Virus record (IMG/VR): IMGVR_UViG_2778261543_000006
Location: 1-7,361 of that record
Reading direction: 5' to 3' (one strand)
DNA: 7,361 bases
Source of the DNA: a virus
Lineage: Duplodnaviria; Heunggongvirae; Uroviricota; Caudoviricetes
Part shown: positions 1 through 6,254 of the stretch, in pieces
Numbering within the stretch: the first letter of the stretch is position 1
How the letters are laid out: each line of letters opens with the position of its first letter
Translations under genes and position numbers: made by a program
Notes under the pieces: generated by a model
Database searches by the model: none
Seen by the model: only the letters and a program-made list of their open reading frames with translations
Told to the model about the DNA's origin: nothing

Positions 1-53
1 TTTTAATCAGCGAGTCAGCTTGGGAAGAAATGACCTGCTTATTCGCACCTTCC
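1..53. repeat. Left arm of a perfect 53-bp terminal inverted repeat; partner at 7307-7359
   Basis: Bases 1-53 are the exact reverse complement of 7307-7359. Identity drops immediately inward (1 mismatch then 3 matches, then unrelated). This copy lies inside the O-like ORF and reads through in frame, so it appears native here. Confidence 0.95.
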
Positions 54-265
54 CTAACCCAATCCAGTTTTTTATTAAAGCCATATGTTTTGCGCATGAC
101 AGCCAGAAAGACCAGAAGCTGGTGCTGTGTTAATCCGGCCAGCATCACAGCTTCCAGCAACTCATTTGCAATGCGCGTATAACCATCATCGAGATCTGCC
201 ACGCGCGGCTCCTTTTGTGCCACATCCGGCACTGGAAAATTGAATATCTCAGCAGTGTTTGCCAT
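1..265 (-). CDS. Lambdoid replication initiation protein O-like, N-terminal 88 codons; 3' end lies beyond the left window edge
   Basis: Minus-strand ATG at 265..263 preceded by GGGAGG. Translation [88 protein letters not shown], open to position 1. The pattern (..NVADLDDGY.R..N.LLEA...LT..Q..VLLA..RKTYGWNK) resembles the lambda O N-terminal domain as recalled. Absent from the ORF track because it has no in-window stop. Confidence 0.7.
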   Translation of the reverse strand, partial: MANTAEIFNFPVPDVAQKEPRVADLDDGYTRIANELLEAVMLAGLTQHQLLVFLAVMRKTYGFNKKLDWVREGANKQVISSQADSLIK

Positions 266-282
266 AATTCCTCCCGCAATGA

Positions 283-552
283 GTGCGTTACGATTTGCAC
301 CTGAAAGTCGGCTCTGTTCCCGCAGACCGGCTTTCGCCATTTCTGAGCCTGTCATATTGCCCCCAACATGGTGGTAACCATCGCCATCAATGGACCAGCC
401 AGATGCTGGTCAAACGCAAAGATGGTACCTGGACTGCATCAGCTAATTTACGCGGACGACTTTATCTGCATCGCGGCATTGAGCGCACTTATACCCGTGA
501 CTTGCTCGTGGAAGTTTTTCTCGACGGACGCGGCAACGGTCTGAATCACTAA
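283..552 (+). CDS. Hypothetical small ORF occupying the position of lambda kil (GTG start at 283; an internal ATG at 397 would give 51 aa)
   Basis: ORF-track entry of 89 aa ending at TAA 550-552, the position where kil ends in lambda relative to gam. The sequence does not resemble lambda Kil as I recall it, and no convincing RBS was found. Could be non-coding. Confidence 0.2.
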   Translation: MRYDLHLKVGSVPADRLSPFLSLSYCPQHGGNHRHQWTSQMLVKRKDGTWTASANLRGRLYLHRGIERTYTRDLLVEVFLDGRGNGLNH

Positions 553-627
553 TCCCCTTTCCTGTTTTCCGAATCAGCCTGGCATTCCGCGGGCGATTTT
601 TTCACAGCCATTTTCAGGAGTTCAGCC

Positions 628-924
628 ATGAACGCTTATTACATTCAGGATCGTCTTGAGGCTCAGAGCTGGGCGCGTCACTACCAGCAGATCGCCCGTG
701 AAGAGAAAGAGGCAGAACTGGCAGACGACATGGAAAAAGGCCTGCCCCAGCACCTGTTTGAATCGCTATGCATCGATCATTTGCAACGCCACGGGGCCAG
801 CAAAAAAGCCATTACCCGTGCGTTTGATGACGATGTTGAGTTTCAGGAGCGCATGGCAGAACACATCCGGTACATGGTTGAAACCATTGCTCACCACCAG
901 GTTGATATTGATTCAGAGGTATAA
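628..924 (+). CDS. gam: Gam, RecBCD nuclease inhibitor (short GamS form, 98 aa)
   Basis: Translation [98 protein letters not shown] is recognisable as phage lambda Gam with at most a few substitutions. AGGAG RBS 7 nt upstream of the ATG. Followed 5 bp later by bet, as in lambda. Confidence 0.9.
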   Translation: MNAYYIQDRLEAQSWARHYQQIAREEKEAELADDMEKGLPQHLFESLCIDHLQRHGASKKAITRAFDDDVEFQERMAEHIRYMVETIAHHQVDIDSEV

Positions 925-929
925 AACGG

Positions 930-1442
930 ATGAGTACAGCACTCGCAACGCTGGCAGGGAAGCTGGCTGAACGTGTCGGCATGGATTCTGTCGACCCACA
1001 GGAACTGATCACCACTCTTCGCCAGACGGCATTTAAAGGTGATGCCAGCGATGCGCAGTTCATCGCATTGTTGATCGTCGCCAACCAGTACGGCCTTAAT
1101 CCGTGGACGAAAGAAATTTACGCCTTCCCTGATAAGCAGAACGGCATCGTTCCGGTGGTGGGCGTTGATGGCTGGTCCCGCATCATCAATGAAAACCAGC
1201 AGTTTGATGGCATGGACTTTGAGCAGGACAATGAATCCTGTACATGCCGGATTTACCGCAAGGACCGTAATCATCCGATCTGCGTTATCGAGATGGCACA
1301 TAGCCTCGCTCAAATTGGAGTCAGGTTTGTGCCAATACCAGTAGAAACAGACGAAGAATTTCATACGTTAGCCGCATCCCTTTCACAAAAGCTGGAAATG
1401 ATGGTGGCGAAAGCAGAAGCAGATGAGAGAGACCAGGTATGA
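930..1442 (+). pseudogene. bet: Truncated bet (Red-beta / RecT-family recombinase): N-terminal 119 codons fused in frame to a 51-codon unrelated tail, probably an exonuclease C-terminal remnant
   Basis: Residues 1-119 (MSTALATLAGKLAERVGMDSVDPQELITTLRQTAFKGDASDAQFIALLIVANQYGLNPWTKEIYAFPDKQNGIVPVVGVDGWSRIINENQQFDGMDFEQDNESCTCRIYRKDRNHPICV) match lambda Bet as recalled. Homology ends at 1286/1287 and the ORF continues IEMAHSLAQIGVRFVP...DERDQV. Lambda Bet is 261 aa, so the recombinase core is incomplete. GAGGT RBS upstream. Confidence 0.8.
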
Positions 1443-1522
1443 CAACCACGGAATGCATTTTTCTGGCAGCGGGCTTCATATTCTGTGTGCTTATGCTTGC
1501 CGACATGGGACTTGTTCAATGA
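1439..1522 (+). CDS. Hypothetical 27-aa hydrophobic peptide (MTTTECIFLAAGFIFCVLMLADMGLVQ), a single predicted transmembrane helix
   Basis: Its ATG overlaps the stop of the upstream ORF (ATGA at 1439-1442) and its stop overlaps the next ATG (ATGA at 1519-1522), the classic phage translational-coupling arrangement. Very short, so coding status is uncertain. Confidence 0.25.
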   Translation: MTTTECIFLAAGFIFCVLMLADMGLVQ

Positions 1523-1734
1523 CACCTCAGCAGGAAAACGCCCTTCGCAGCATTGCCCGTCAGGCTAATTCTGAAATCAAAAAAGCCAGACAGCAGTTTC
1601 CGGATAAAAACGTCGATGACATTTGCCGTAGCGTACTGAAGAAGCACCGCGAAACGGTAACGCTGATGGGATTCACACCGACTCATTTAAGCCTGGCGAT
1701 CGGCATGTTAAACGGCGTCTTTAAGGAACGGTGA
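1519..1734 (+). CDS. Hypothetical phage protein, 71 aa (MTPQQENALRSIARQANSEIKKARQQFPDKNVDDICRSVLKKHRETVTLMGFTPTHLSLAIGMLNGVFKER)
   Basis: Internal ATG of the ORF-track entry 1423..1734, chosen because it is coupled by ATGA overlap to the preceding small ORF. Charged, helical-looking composition. No family recognised. Confidence 0.45.
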   Translation: MTPQQENALRSIARQANSEIKKARQQFPDKNVDDICRSVLKKHRETVTLMGFTPTHLSLAIGMLNGVFKER

Positions 1735-1756
1735 ACATGAAAAGCAAAATCATCAG

Positions 1757-1777
1757 GGAGCTACAGGCTCCTTTTTT
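1757..1777 (+). terminator. Candidate weak intrinsic terminator (GGAGC-tacag-GCTCC followed by TTTTTT)
   Basis: 5-bp stem, 5-nt loop and a T6 run seen directly. The stem is short, and the element lies inside a possible 29-aa ORF (1737..1826, MKSKIIRELQAPFLLFAFILKRINQQFRD). Confidence 0.25.
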
Positions 1778-1832
1778 ATTGTTCGCATTCATCCTCAAGC
1801 GTATTAACCAACAATTCAGGGATTAATGGAAG

Positions 1833-2051
1833 ATGGCAGACATCATTGATTCGGCATCAGAAATCGAAGAATTACAGCGCAATACAGCAATAAAAATGCG
1901 TCGTCTGAACTACCAGACTGTATCCGCAACTCATTGTTGTGAGTGTGGCGATCCGATAGATGAGCGAAGACGCCTGGCTGTTCAGGGTTGTCGGACTTGT
2001 GCAAGTTGCCAGGAGGAGATCGAACTTAAGAACAAACAATGGGGACTGTGA
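1833..2051 (+). CDS. TraR/DksA-family C4 zinc-finger protein, 72 aa
   Basis: Translation contains CxxC-G-x2-I-x3-R ... CxxC (HCCECGDPIDERRRLAVQGCRTCASC), the signature of the TraR/DksA zinc finger. A TraR-like gene is common in the int-proximal accessory region of lambdoid phages. Confidence 0.7.
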   Translation: MADIIDSASEIEELQRNTAIKMRRLNYQTVSATHCCECGDPIDERRRLAVQGCRTCASCQEEIELKNKQWGL

Positions 2052-2098
2052 TGGCCTCAAAGCAGCAAATTTCAACATCGTCCAACTGAGGTGTAAAA

Positions 2099-2377
2099 AT
2101 GTTCAGAATCATTTTTCCTAACACCTGGTACGTCGACCACCACGGCACTCCCTGCAAAATCCTGCGTTCTACCCACAACAAAGTTCACTACATCCGAAAA
2201 GGCAGAACATGTATCGCCAGCATGTTCCGCTTTAATCATGACTTTGAACCTGTGAATAAAGCTGATGCAGATCGGATAGCAGAAGAGATCGAAACGGCAG
2301 AACACATTAAGAAGTTACGTGACATGCGTTCAAAAAGCAGAGGTAACCATGGAATCATACAGCCTCACACTCGATGA
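2099..2377 (+). CDS. Hypothetical phage protein, 92 aa
   Basis: Strong RBS (GAGGTG) 6 nt upstream of the ATG. Same orientation as the int operon. No family recognised. Confidence 0.4.
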   Translation: MFRIIFPNTWYVDHHGTPCKILRSTHNKVHYIRKGRTCIASMFRFNHDFEPVNKADADRIAEEIETAEHIKKLRDMRSKSRGNHGIIQPHTR

Positions 2378-2720
2378 GGCCTGTCAGTTTCTTAAGATAT
2401 CCAGACCAACCGCCACCAACTGGATACGAACAGGCCGCCTACAGGCAACACGTAAAGATCCAACCAAGCCAAAATCTCCTTACCTCACAACACGGCAAGC
2501 CTGCATTGCGGCGCTTCAGTCTCCGCTGCATACTGTCCAGGTGAGCGCGGGTGATGGCATAACAGAGGAAAGAAAATGTCACTCTTCCGCAGAAATGAAA
2601 TATGGTATGCCTCGTATTCGCTCCCGGGCGGGAAACGAATTAAGGAATCTCTTGGCACAAAGGACAAGCGGCAAGCTCAGGAGTTGCACGACAAGCGAAA
2701 AGCAGAACTCTGGCGAGTAG
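2349..2720 (+). CDS. xis: Putative excisionase / AlpA-like helix-turn-helix protein; 3' end runs 145 nt into int and may be frameshift-extended
   Basis: Internal ATG at 2349 with GAGGT RBS. N-terminus [33 protein letters not shown] fits the winged-HTH excisionase pattern. Sits immediately upstream of and overlapping int. Its 123 codons are longer than typical excisionases. Confidence 0.45.
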   Translation: MESYSLTLDEACQFLKISRPTATNWIRTGRLQATRKDPTKPKSPYLTTRQACIAALQSPLHTVQVSAGDGITEERKCHSSAEMKYGMPRIRSRAGNELRNLLAQRTSGKLRSCTTSEKQNSGE

Positions 2721-3739
2721 AAAAGCTAGGGGATTTACCTGATGTCACTTTTGAAGAGGCCTGCCTAAGATGGCTTGAGGAAAAAGCTGATAAAAAATCT
2801 CTCGATTCAGATAAAAGCCGGATTGAGTTCTGGCTTGAACATTTTGAGGGTATAAGGCTTAAAGATATCTCGGAGGCAAAGATTTACTCTGCTGTAAGCA
2901 GAATGCATAACAGAAAGACGAAAGAAATATGGAAACAGAAAGTTCAGGCCGCCATCAGGAAAGGTAAAGAACCGCCTGTTTATGAACCAAAGCCAGTATC
3001 AACTCAGACAAAGGCAAAGCATCTTGCCATGATAAAGGCCATTCTCCGTGCTGCAGAACGCGACTGGAAGTGGCTGGAAAAAGCGCCTGTCATCAAGATA
3101 CCAGCGGTCAGAAACAAGCGAGTCAGATGGCTGGAAAAGGAGGAAGCAAAACGCCTTATTGATGAGTGCCCCGAACCACTGAAATCTGTCGTCAAGTTTG
3201 CGCTGGCAACTGGTCTGAGAAAGTCGAACATCATAAATCTGGAATGGCAACAAATCGACATGCAGCGACGAGTTGCCTGGGTGAATCCAGAAGAGAGCAA
3301 ATCAAACCGCGCCATTGGTGTGGCGCTGAACGATACCGCCTGTAAAGTGTTGCGTGATCAAATAGGCAAGCATCACAAATGGGTGTTTGTACATACCAAG
3401 GCGGCTAAGCGAGCAGATGGAACATCAACGCCTGCGGTCAGGAAGATGCGCATCGACAGCAAGACATCATGGCTATCAGCTTGTCGTCGTGCAGGAATTG
3501 AAGATTTCCGTTTCCATGACCTCAGACACACCTGGGCAAGCTGGCTGATTCAGTCAGGCGTCCCATTATCAGTGCTTCAGGAAATGGGCGGATGGGAGTC
3601 CATAGAAATGGTTCGTAGGTATGCTCACCTTGCGCCTAATCATTTGACAGAGCATGCGAGGAAAATAGACGACATTTTTGGTGATAATGTCCCAAATATG
3701 TCCCACTCTGGAATTATGGAGGATATAAAGAAGGCGTAA
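2576..3739 (+). CDS. intD: Phage tyrosine integrase (site-specific recombinase), 387 aa, IntD-like (DLP12 family)
   Basis: GAGGAAAG RBS upstream. C-terminal catalytic motifs visible: Arg in [16 protein letters not shown]-x-x-R in [11 protein letters not shown], and the tyrosine in MVRRYAHL. The N-terminus [28 protein letters not shown] and the position next to argU match the E. coli DLP12 integrase as I recall it. Confidence 0.9.
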   Translation: MSLFRRNEIWYASYSLPGGKRIKESLGTKDKRQAQELHDKRKAELWRVEKLGDLPDVTFEEACLRWLEEKADKKSLDSDKSRIEFWLEHFEGIRLKDISEAKIYSAVSRMHNRKTKEIWKQKVQAAIRKGKEPPVYEPKPVSTQTKAKHLAMIKAILRAAERDWKWLEKAPVIKIPAVRNKRVRWLEKEEAKRLIDECPEPLKSVVKFALATGLRKSNIINLEWQQIDMQRRVAWVNPEESKSNRAIGVALNDTACKVLRDQIGKHHKWVFVHTKAAKRADGTSTPAVRKMRIDSKTSWLSACRRAGIEDFRFHDLRHTWASWLIQSGVPLSVLQEMGGWESIEMVRRYAHLAPNHLTEHARKIDDIFGDNVPNMSHSGIMEDIKKA

Positions 3740-3754
3740 CTGATTGAATTGTAA

Positions 3755-3831
3755 TGGCGCGCCCTGCAGGATTCGAACCTGCGGCCCACGACTTAGAAGG
3801 TCGTTGCTCTATCCAACTGAGCTAAGGGCGC
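3755..3831 (-). tRNA. argU: tRNA-Arg (anticodon UCU), 77 nt with encoded CCA
   Basis: Minus-strand sequence GCGCCCTTAGCTCAGTTGGATAGAGCAACGACCTTCTAAGTCGTGGGCCGCAGGTTCGAATCCTGCAGGGCGCGCCA folds as a cloverleaf with the anticodon loop cuUCUaa. Matches E. coli argU, a known lambdoid prophage attachment site. Confidence 0.93.
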
Positions 3832-3862
3832 GTTGATACCGCAATGCGGTGTAATCGCGTGA

Positions 3863-3890
3863 ATTATACGGTCAACCCTTGCTGAGTCAA
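3863..3890 (-). promoter_or_regulatory. Candidate sigma-70 promoter for argU (-35 TTGACT, 16-bp spacer, -10 TATAAT)
   Basis: Read on the minus strand: TTGACT at 3890..3885 and TATAAT at 3868..3863. The -10 hexamer ends 31 nt upstream of the mature tRNA 5' end, consistent with a short processed leader. Confidence 0.45.
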
Positions 3891-4073
3891 TGGCTTTTGA
3901 TCTGGTTGCTGAACAAGTGAACGACCGCGTCTGATTTTCTGATTTATTTCGCTATAGCGGCAAACAAACACACACCGCTGCGCGTCTGAATCAAGAAAAC
4001 CCGTATTTTCATGTATCAAAGTACAATTTACCGCCCTAACGGAAAATTGTCCGCTCCTATGAGACTGGTAACT

Positions 4074-4706
4074 ATGAAACCAACGTCGGTGATCATTATG
4101 GATACTCATCCTATCATCAGAATGTCTATTGAAGTTCTGTTGCAAAAAAACAGTGAATTGCAGATTGTCCTGAAAACGGATGATTACCGCATAACCATCG
4201 ATTATCTCCGAACCCGTCCTGTTGATTTAATCATTATGGATATAGACTTGCCCGGAACAGACGGTTTTACCTTCCTGAAAAGGATCAAACAAATCCAGAG
4301 CACAGTGAAAGTGTTATTTTTATCATCGAAATCAGAATGCTTTTATGCTGGCAGAGCGATACAAGCTGGTGCTAACGGTTTTGTCAGTAAATGCAATGAT
4401 CAGAATGATATTTTTCATGCCGTTCAGATGATCCTCTCCGGATACACGTTTTTTCCTAGCGAAACGCTTAACTATATAAAAAGCAATAAATGTAGTACGA
4501 ATAGTTCAACGGTCACTGTGCTATCTAATCGTGAAGTGACCATATTACGTTATCTGGTTAGCGGATTATCTAATAAAGAAATTGCCGATAAGTTATTACT
4601 TAGCAATAAAACAGTTAGTGCGCATAAATCTAATATTTATGGCAAGCTAGGTTTGCATTCAATTGTAGAGCTTATCGACTACGCCAAATTATACGAATTA
4701 ATATAA
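4074..4706 (+). CDS. fimZ: FimZ, LuxR/NarL-family two-component response regulator (210 aa) regulating fimbrial expression
   Basis: Receiver domain (DLIIMDIDLPGTDG) and C-terminal LuxR HTH (LSNREVTILRYLVSGLSNKEIADKLLLSNKTVSAHKSNIYGKLG). Start taken at MKPTSVIIMD, the internal ATG of ORF 4011..4706, giving the known 210-aa length. AT-rich gene, as is typical for fimZ. Confidence 0.9.
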   Translation: MKPTSVIIMDTHPIIRMSIEVLLQKNSELQIVLKTDDYRITIDYLRTRPVDLIIMDIDLPGTDGFTFLKRIKQIQSTVKVLFLSSKSECFYAGRAIQAGANGFVSKCNDQNDIFHAVQMILSGYTFFPSETLNYIKSNKCSTNSSTVTVLSNREVTILRYLVSGLSNKEIADKLLLSNKTVSAHKSNIYGKLGLHSIVELIDYAKLYELI

Positions 4707-4708
4707 TA

Positions 4709-5224
4709 TTAATTATAATTGATCATAAATATCGCATCCGCTTTCGCCACACCTGGCCGAACACCGCTGGCTAACGCTCGATAATTGGCAAAAAAGTTTA
4801 GTGTGACATTGCCATTTGCATCTACTTCCTCAGTCGGGCTCGCCTCCCCCAGTGCGAGCCGGGAGCGATCGCTATTACGTAATTCGATGGCGACGGTTTG
4901 TGCCATTGCGGGATCATCCAGAGCCAGCAGGTTGGTATCGGATGCCGGCGTTCCCGTAAATAAAATCGCAACTGAACCCGGAGGACATCCCTCCAGCCGC
5001 AGGCTAAAAGGGACGAGTGCCGTGGTATCGCCAGCGTTCAGTAATTGTGTCGTAGGCCATCTGCCTAAATCTACCGTCTTATCAATATCCGCAGTGTTTA
5101 CGGTACAGGAGAAATCAACAACGTTACCGTGCAAATTGATATTAATCGTTCCCAAAGGGTCAGCTGCCCATCCACTGGAAATCCACAGTAACCCGCAGAA
5201 ACAGCTAAAGAGTGCTCTTCTCAT
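4709..5224 (-). CDS. sfmF: SfmF, minor fimbrial subunit (171 aa)
   Basis: Start at MRRALFSCFCGLLWISSGWA (signal peptide) with a GGAG RBS, rather than the upstream ATG of ORF-track entry 4709..5419 that would overlap sfmH. Fimbrial-subunit-like composition. Lies between sfmH and fimZ as in the E. coli sfm locus. Confidence 0.85.
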   Translation of the reverse strand: MRRALFSCFCGLLWISSGWAADPLGTININLHGNVVDFSCTVNTADIDKTVDLGRWPTTQLLNAGDTTALVPFSLRLEGCPPGSVAILFTGTPASDTNLLALDDPAMAQTVAIELRNSDRSRLALGEASPTEEVDANGNVTLNFFANYRALASGVRPGVAKADAIFMINYN

Positions 5225-5234
5225 TCTCCGTACC

Positions 5235-6242
5235 TCATTGATAATCGACGCGTAAATACCCCAGCGCGCTAAACGGCCCTTCGGTCGGTTTTTGACCGGT
5301 AATACTGATAGGCCAGGCGCGAAGTGTGACATTGGCTGCCGCAGCTGCATCCAGACGGAAAGGAATAACGCTATTGAGATCGTTAGGCGTGATCGGCGTA
5401 TCGTTCTGATCGGCGACAATAAAACCTAAATCCTGATTGTCCGACACCATCGCCTGACCAGAAACGGCACTGGCTTCCAGACGCATTGTTAAATAAGCCT
5501 GCGCAGCAACATTCGTACATTTGACCGCAATGCTCTTGGTTTGCGGCATGACACCAGCAGGTCGATTACCCGGCCCTGCCGCACTAAATAACGATGCGCC
5601 GATATCACCAAAATCAAATTCAACAATCTGCCCGGCATTTAATTCGCAGTTTTGCGGTACTTCAACCCGGCCACCAAAACTAATGGTATAAACAGGTGTA
5701 ACCAACGGATCGTAAGGCGTTGATGTCACATACACGGTAAACATCACCTGTCTGGGGATCTCCACCATGTTAATAAAGGGACGAATAACCTTTAAACGAA
5801 ATATTAAACGAGAATCCATCACCCCGAATGGAAGGTTTTGCGAAACGTTAGGATCTGTTCCCATCAGAATATAATTTTGCGGGGGGAACTGAATATCCAT
5901 CACACTATCAACCAGACTCATCGCACCTAATAGATAATCATTTAATTGCATATATTTATAATTATCGATAGTTTCCTGAACAATAAAGTTGGTGACATAA
6001 CTACGGTATGTATAATTCACCAGCGTACCGGGTGGACAAATTGCTGAGACACCTACCCAGCCGGATTTTTCCGGTAAAACAACAATCTGCCCTGGCTGGT
6101 TATTGGTGCTATTAAAGATATTTGAGAGATCATAGTGTTCATCTTCTGCTACGCCAGTACTATTTGCACAAACAGTAGCCCAGGATATGTTTGCCAGACA
6201 CAAACATGCCATCGCCAATAATAATCTGCAGATTATCTTCAT
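5235..6242 (-). CDS. sfmH: SfmH, FimH-like fimbrial tip adhesin (335 aa as called)
   Basis: N-terminal signal peptide MKIICRLLLAMACLCLANISWA, with an AGGAAA RBS immediately after the sfmD stop. Size and two-domain adhesin-like composition fit. An alternative internal start is possible. Confidence 0.85.
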   Translation of the reverse strand: MKIICRLLLAMACLCLANISWATVCANSTGVAEDEHYDLSNIFNSTNNQPGQIVVLPEKSGWVGVSAICPPGTLVNYTYRSYVTNFIVQETIDNYKYMQLNDYLLGAMSLVDSVMDIQFPPQNYILMGTDPNVSQNLPFGVMDSRLIFRLKVIRPFINMVEIPRQVMFTVYVTSTPYDPLVTPVYTISFGGRVEVPQNCELNAGQIVEFDFGDIGASLFSAAGPGNRPAGVMPQTKSIAVKCTNVAAQAYLTMRLEASAVSGQAMVSDNQDLGFIVADQNDTPITPNDLNSVIPFRLDAAAAANVTLRAWPISITGQKPTEGPFSALGYLRVDYQ

Positions 6243-6254
6243 TGATAATTTCCT

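Larger units (their letters stand above)
1..3754. mobile_element. Degraded lambdoid prophage remnant integrated at the 3' end of argU (DLP12-like position): O', gam, bet', accessory ORFs, xis-like, int
   Basis: Integrase stop lies 15 bp from the 3' end of tRNA-Arg(UCU). Gene order gam-bet-(exo remnant)-accessory-xis-int-att matches the lambda pL operon. The immunity region and most of exo and bet are missing. The left boundary is beyond the window. Confidence 0.7.

Noticed and set aside
628-1290. Engineered lambda Red recombineering cassette
   Set aside because: gam and bet are very lambda-like, but scattered substitutions relative to my recollection of lambda, the truncated bet, the absence of exo, and natural lambdoid flanks (int next to argU) point to a natural mosaic prophage. 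A database alignment is needed to be certain.
656-1506. Alternative-frame and antisense ORFs over gam and bet (656..970 +, 812..1084 -, 891..1364 -, 1321..1506 -)
   Set aside because: They overlap the confidently identified gam and bet frames and show no recognisable features.
1423-1734. 103-aa ORF starting at 1423
   Set aside because: Its 5' part overlaps the preceding ORFs. The ATG at 1519, coupled by ATGA overlap to the upstream small ORF, is the more plausible start.
1872-2667. Minus-strand ORFs 1872..2078, 2072..2305 and 2485..2667
   Set aside because: Antisense to the TraR-like, 92-aa and xis-like ORFs, opposite to the int operon direction, with no RBS.
2319-2720. Excisionase-like ORF starting at 2319 (MTCVQKAEVT…)
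   Set aside because: The start at 2349 has a GAGGT RBS and places the HTH at the N-terminus. The 2319 start lies inside the upstream 92-aa ORF.
2999-3315. Two minus-strand ORFs of 84 and 103 aa
   Set aside because: Both are antisense within the integrase gene, which has clear catalytic motifs on the plus strand.
3864-4145. 93-aa minus-strand ORF spanning the argU promoter region and the fimZ start
   Set aside because: Overlaps the fimZ 5' end and the intergenic regulatory region. His/Arg-rich composition atypical of real proteins.
4011-4706. 231-aa long form of fimZ starting at 4011
   Set aside because: The internal ATG at 4074 (MKPTSVIIMD…) gives the canonical 210-aa response regulator. 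The 21-codon extension looks like read-through of upstream non-coding sequence.
4785-5255. 156-aa plus-strand ORF
   Set aside because: Lies entirely antisense to sfmF and the sfmH 3' end, with Ser/Ala-rich low-complexity translation. Treated as a shadow ORF.
4709-5419. 236-aa long form of sfmF
   Set aside because: The extension would overlap the sfmH 3' end in another frame. The signal peptide begins at the internal Met (start 5224), which has its own GGAG RBS.
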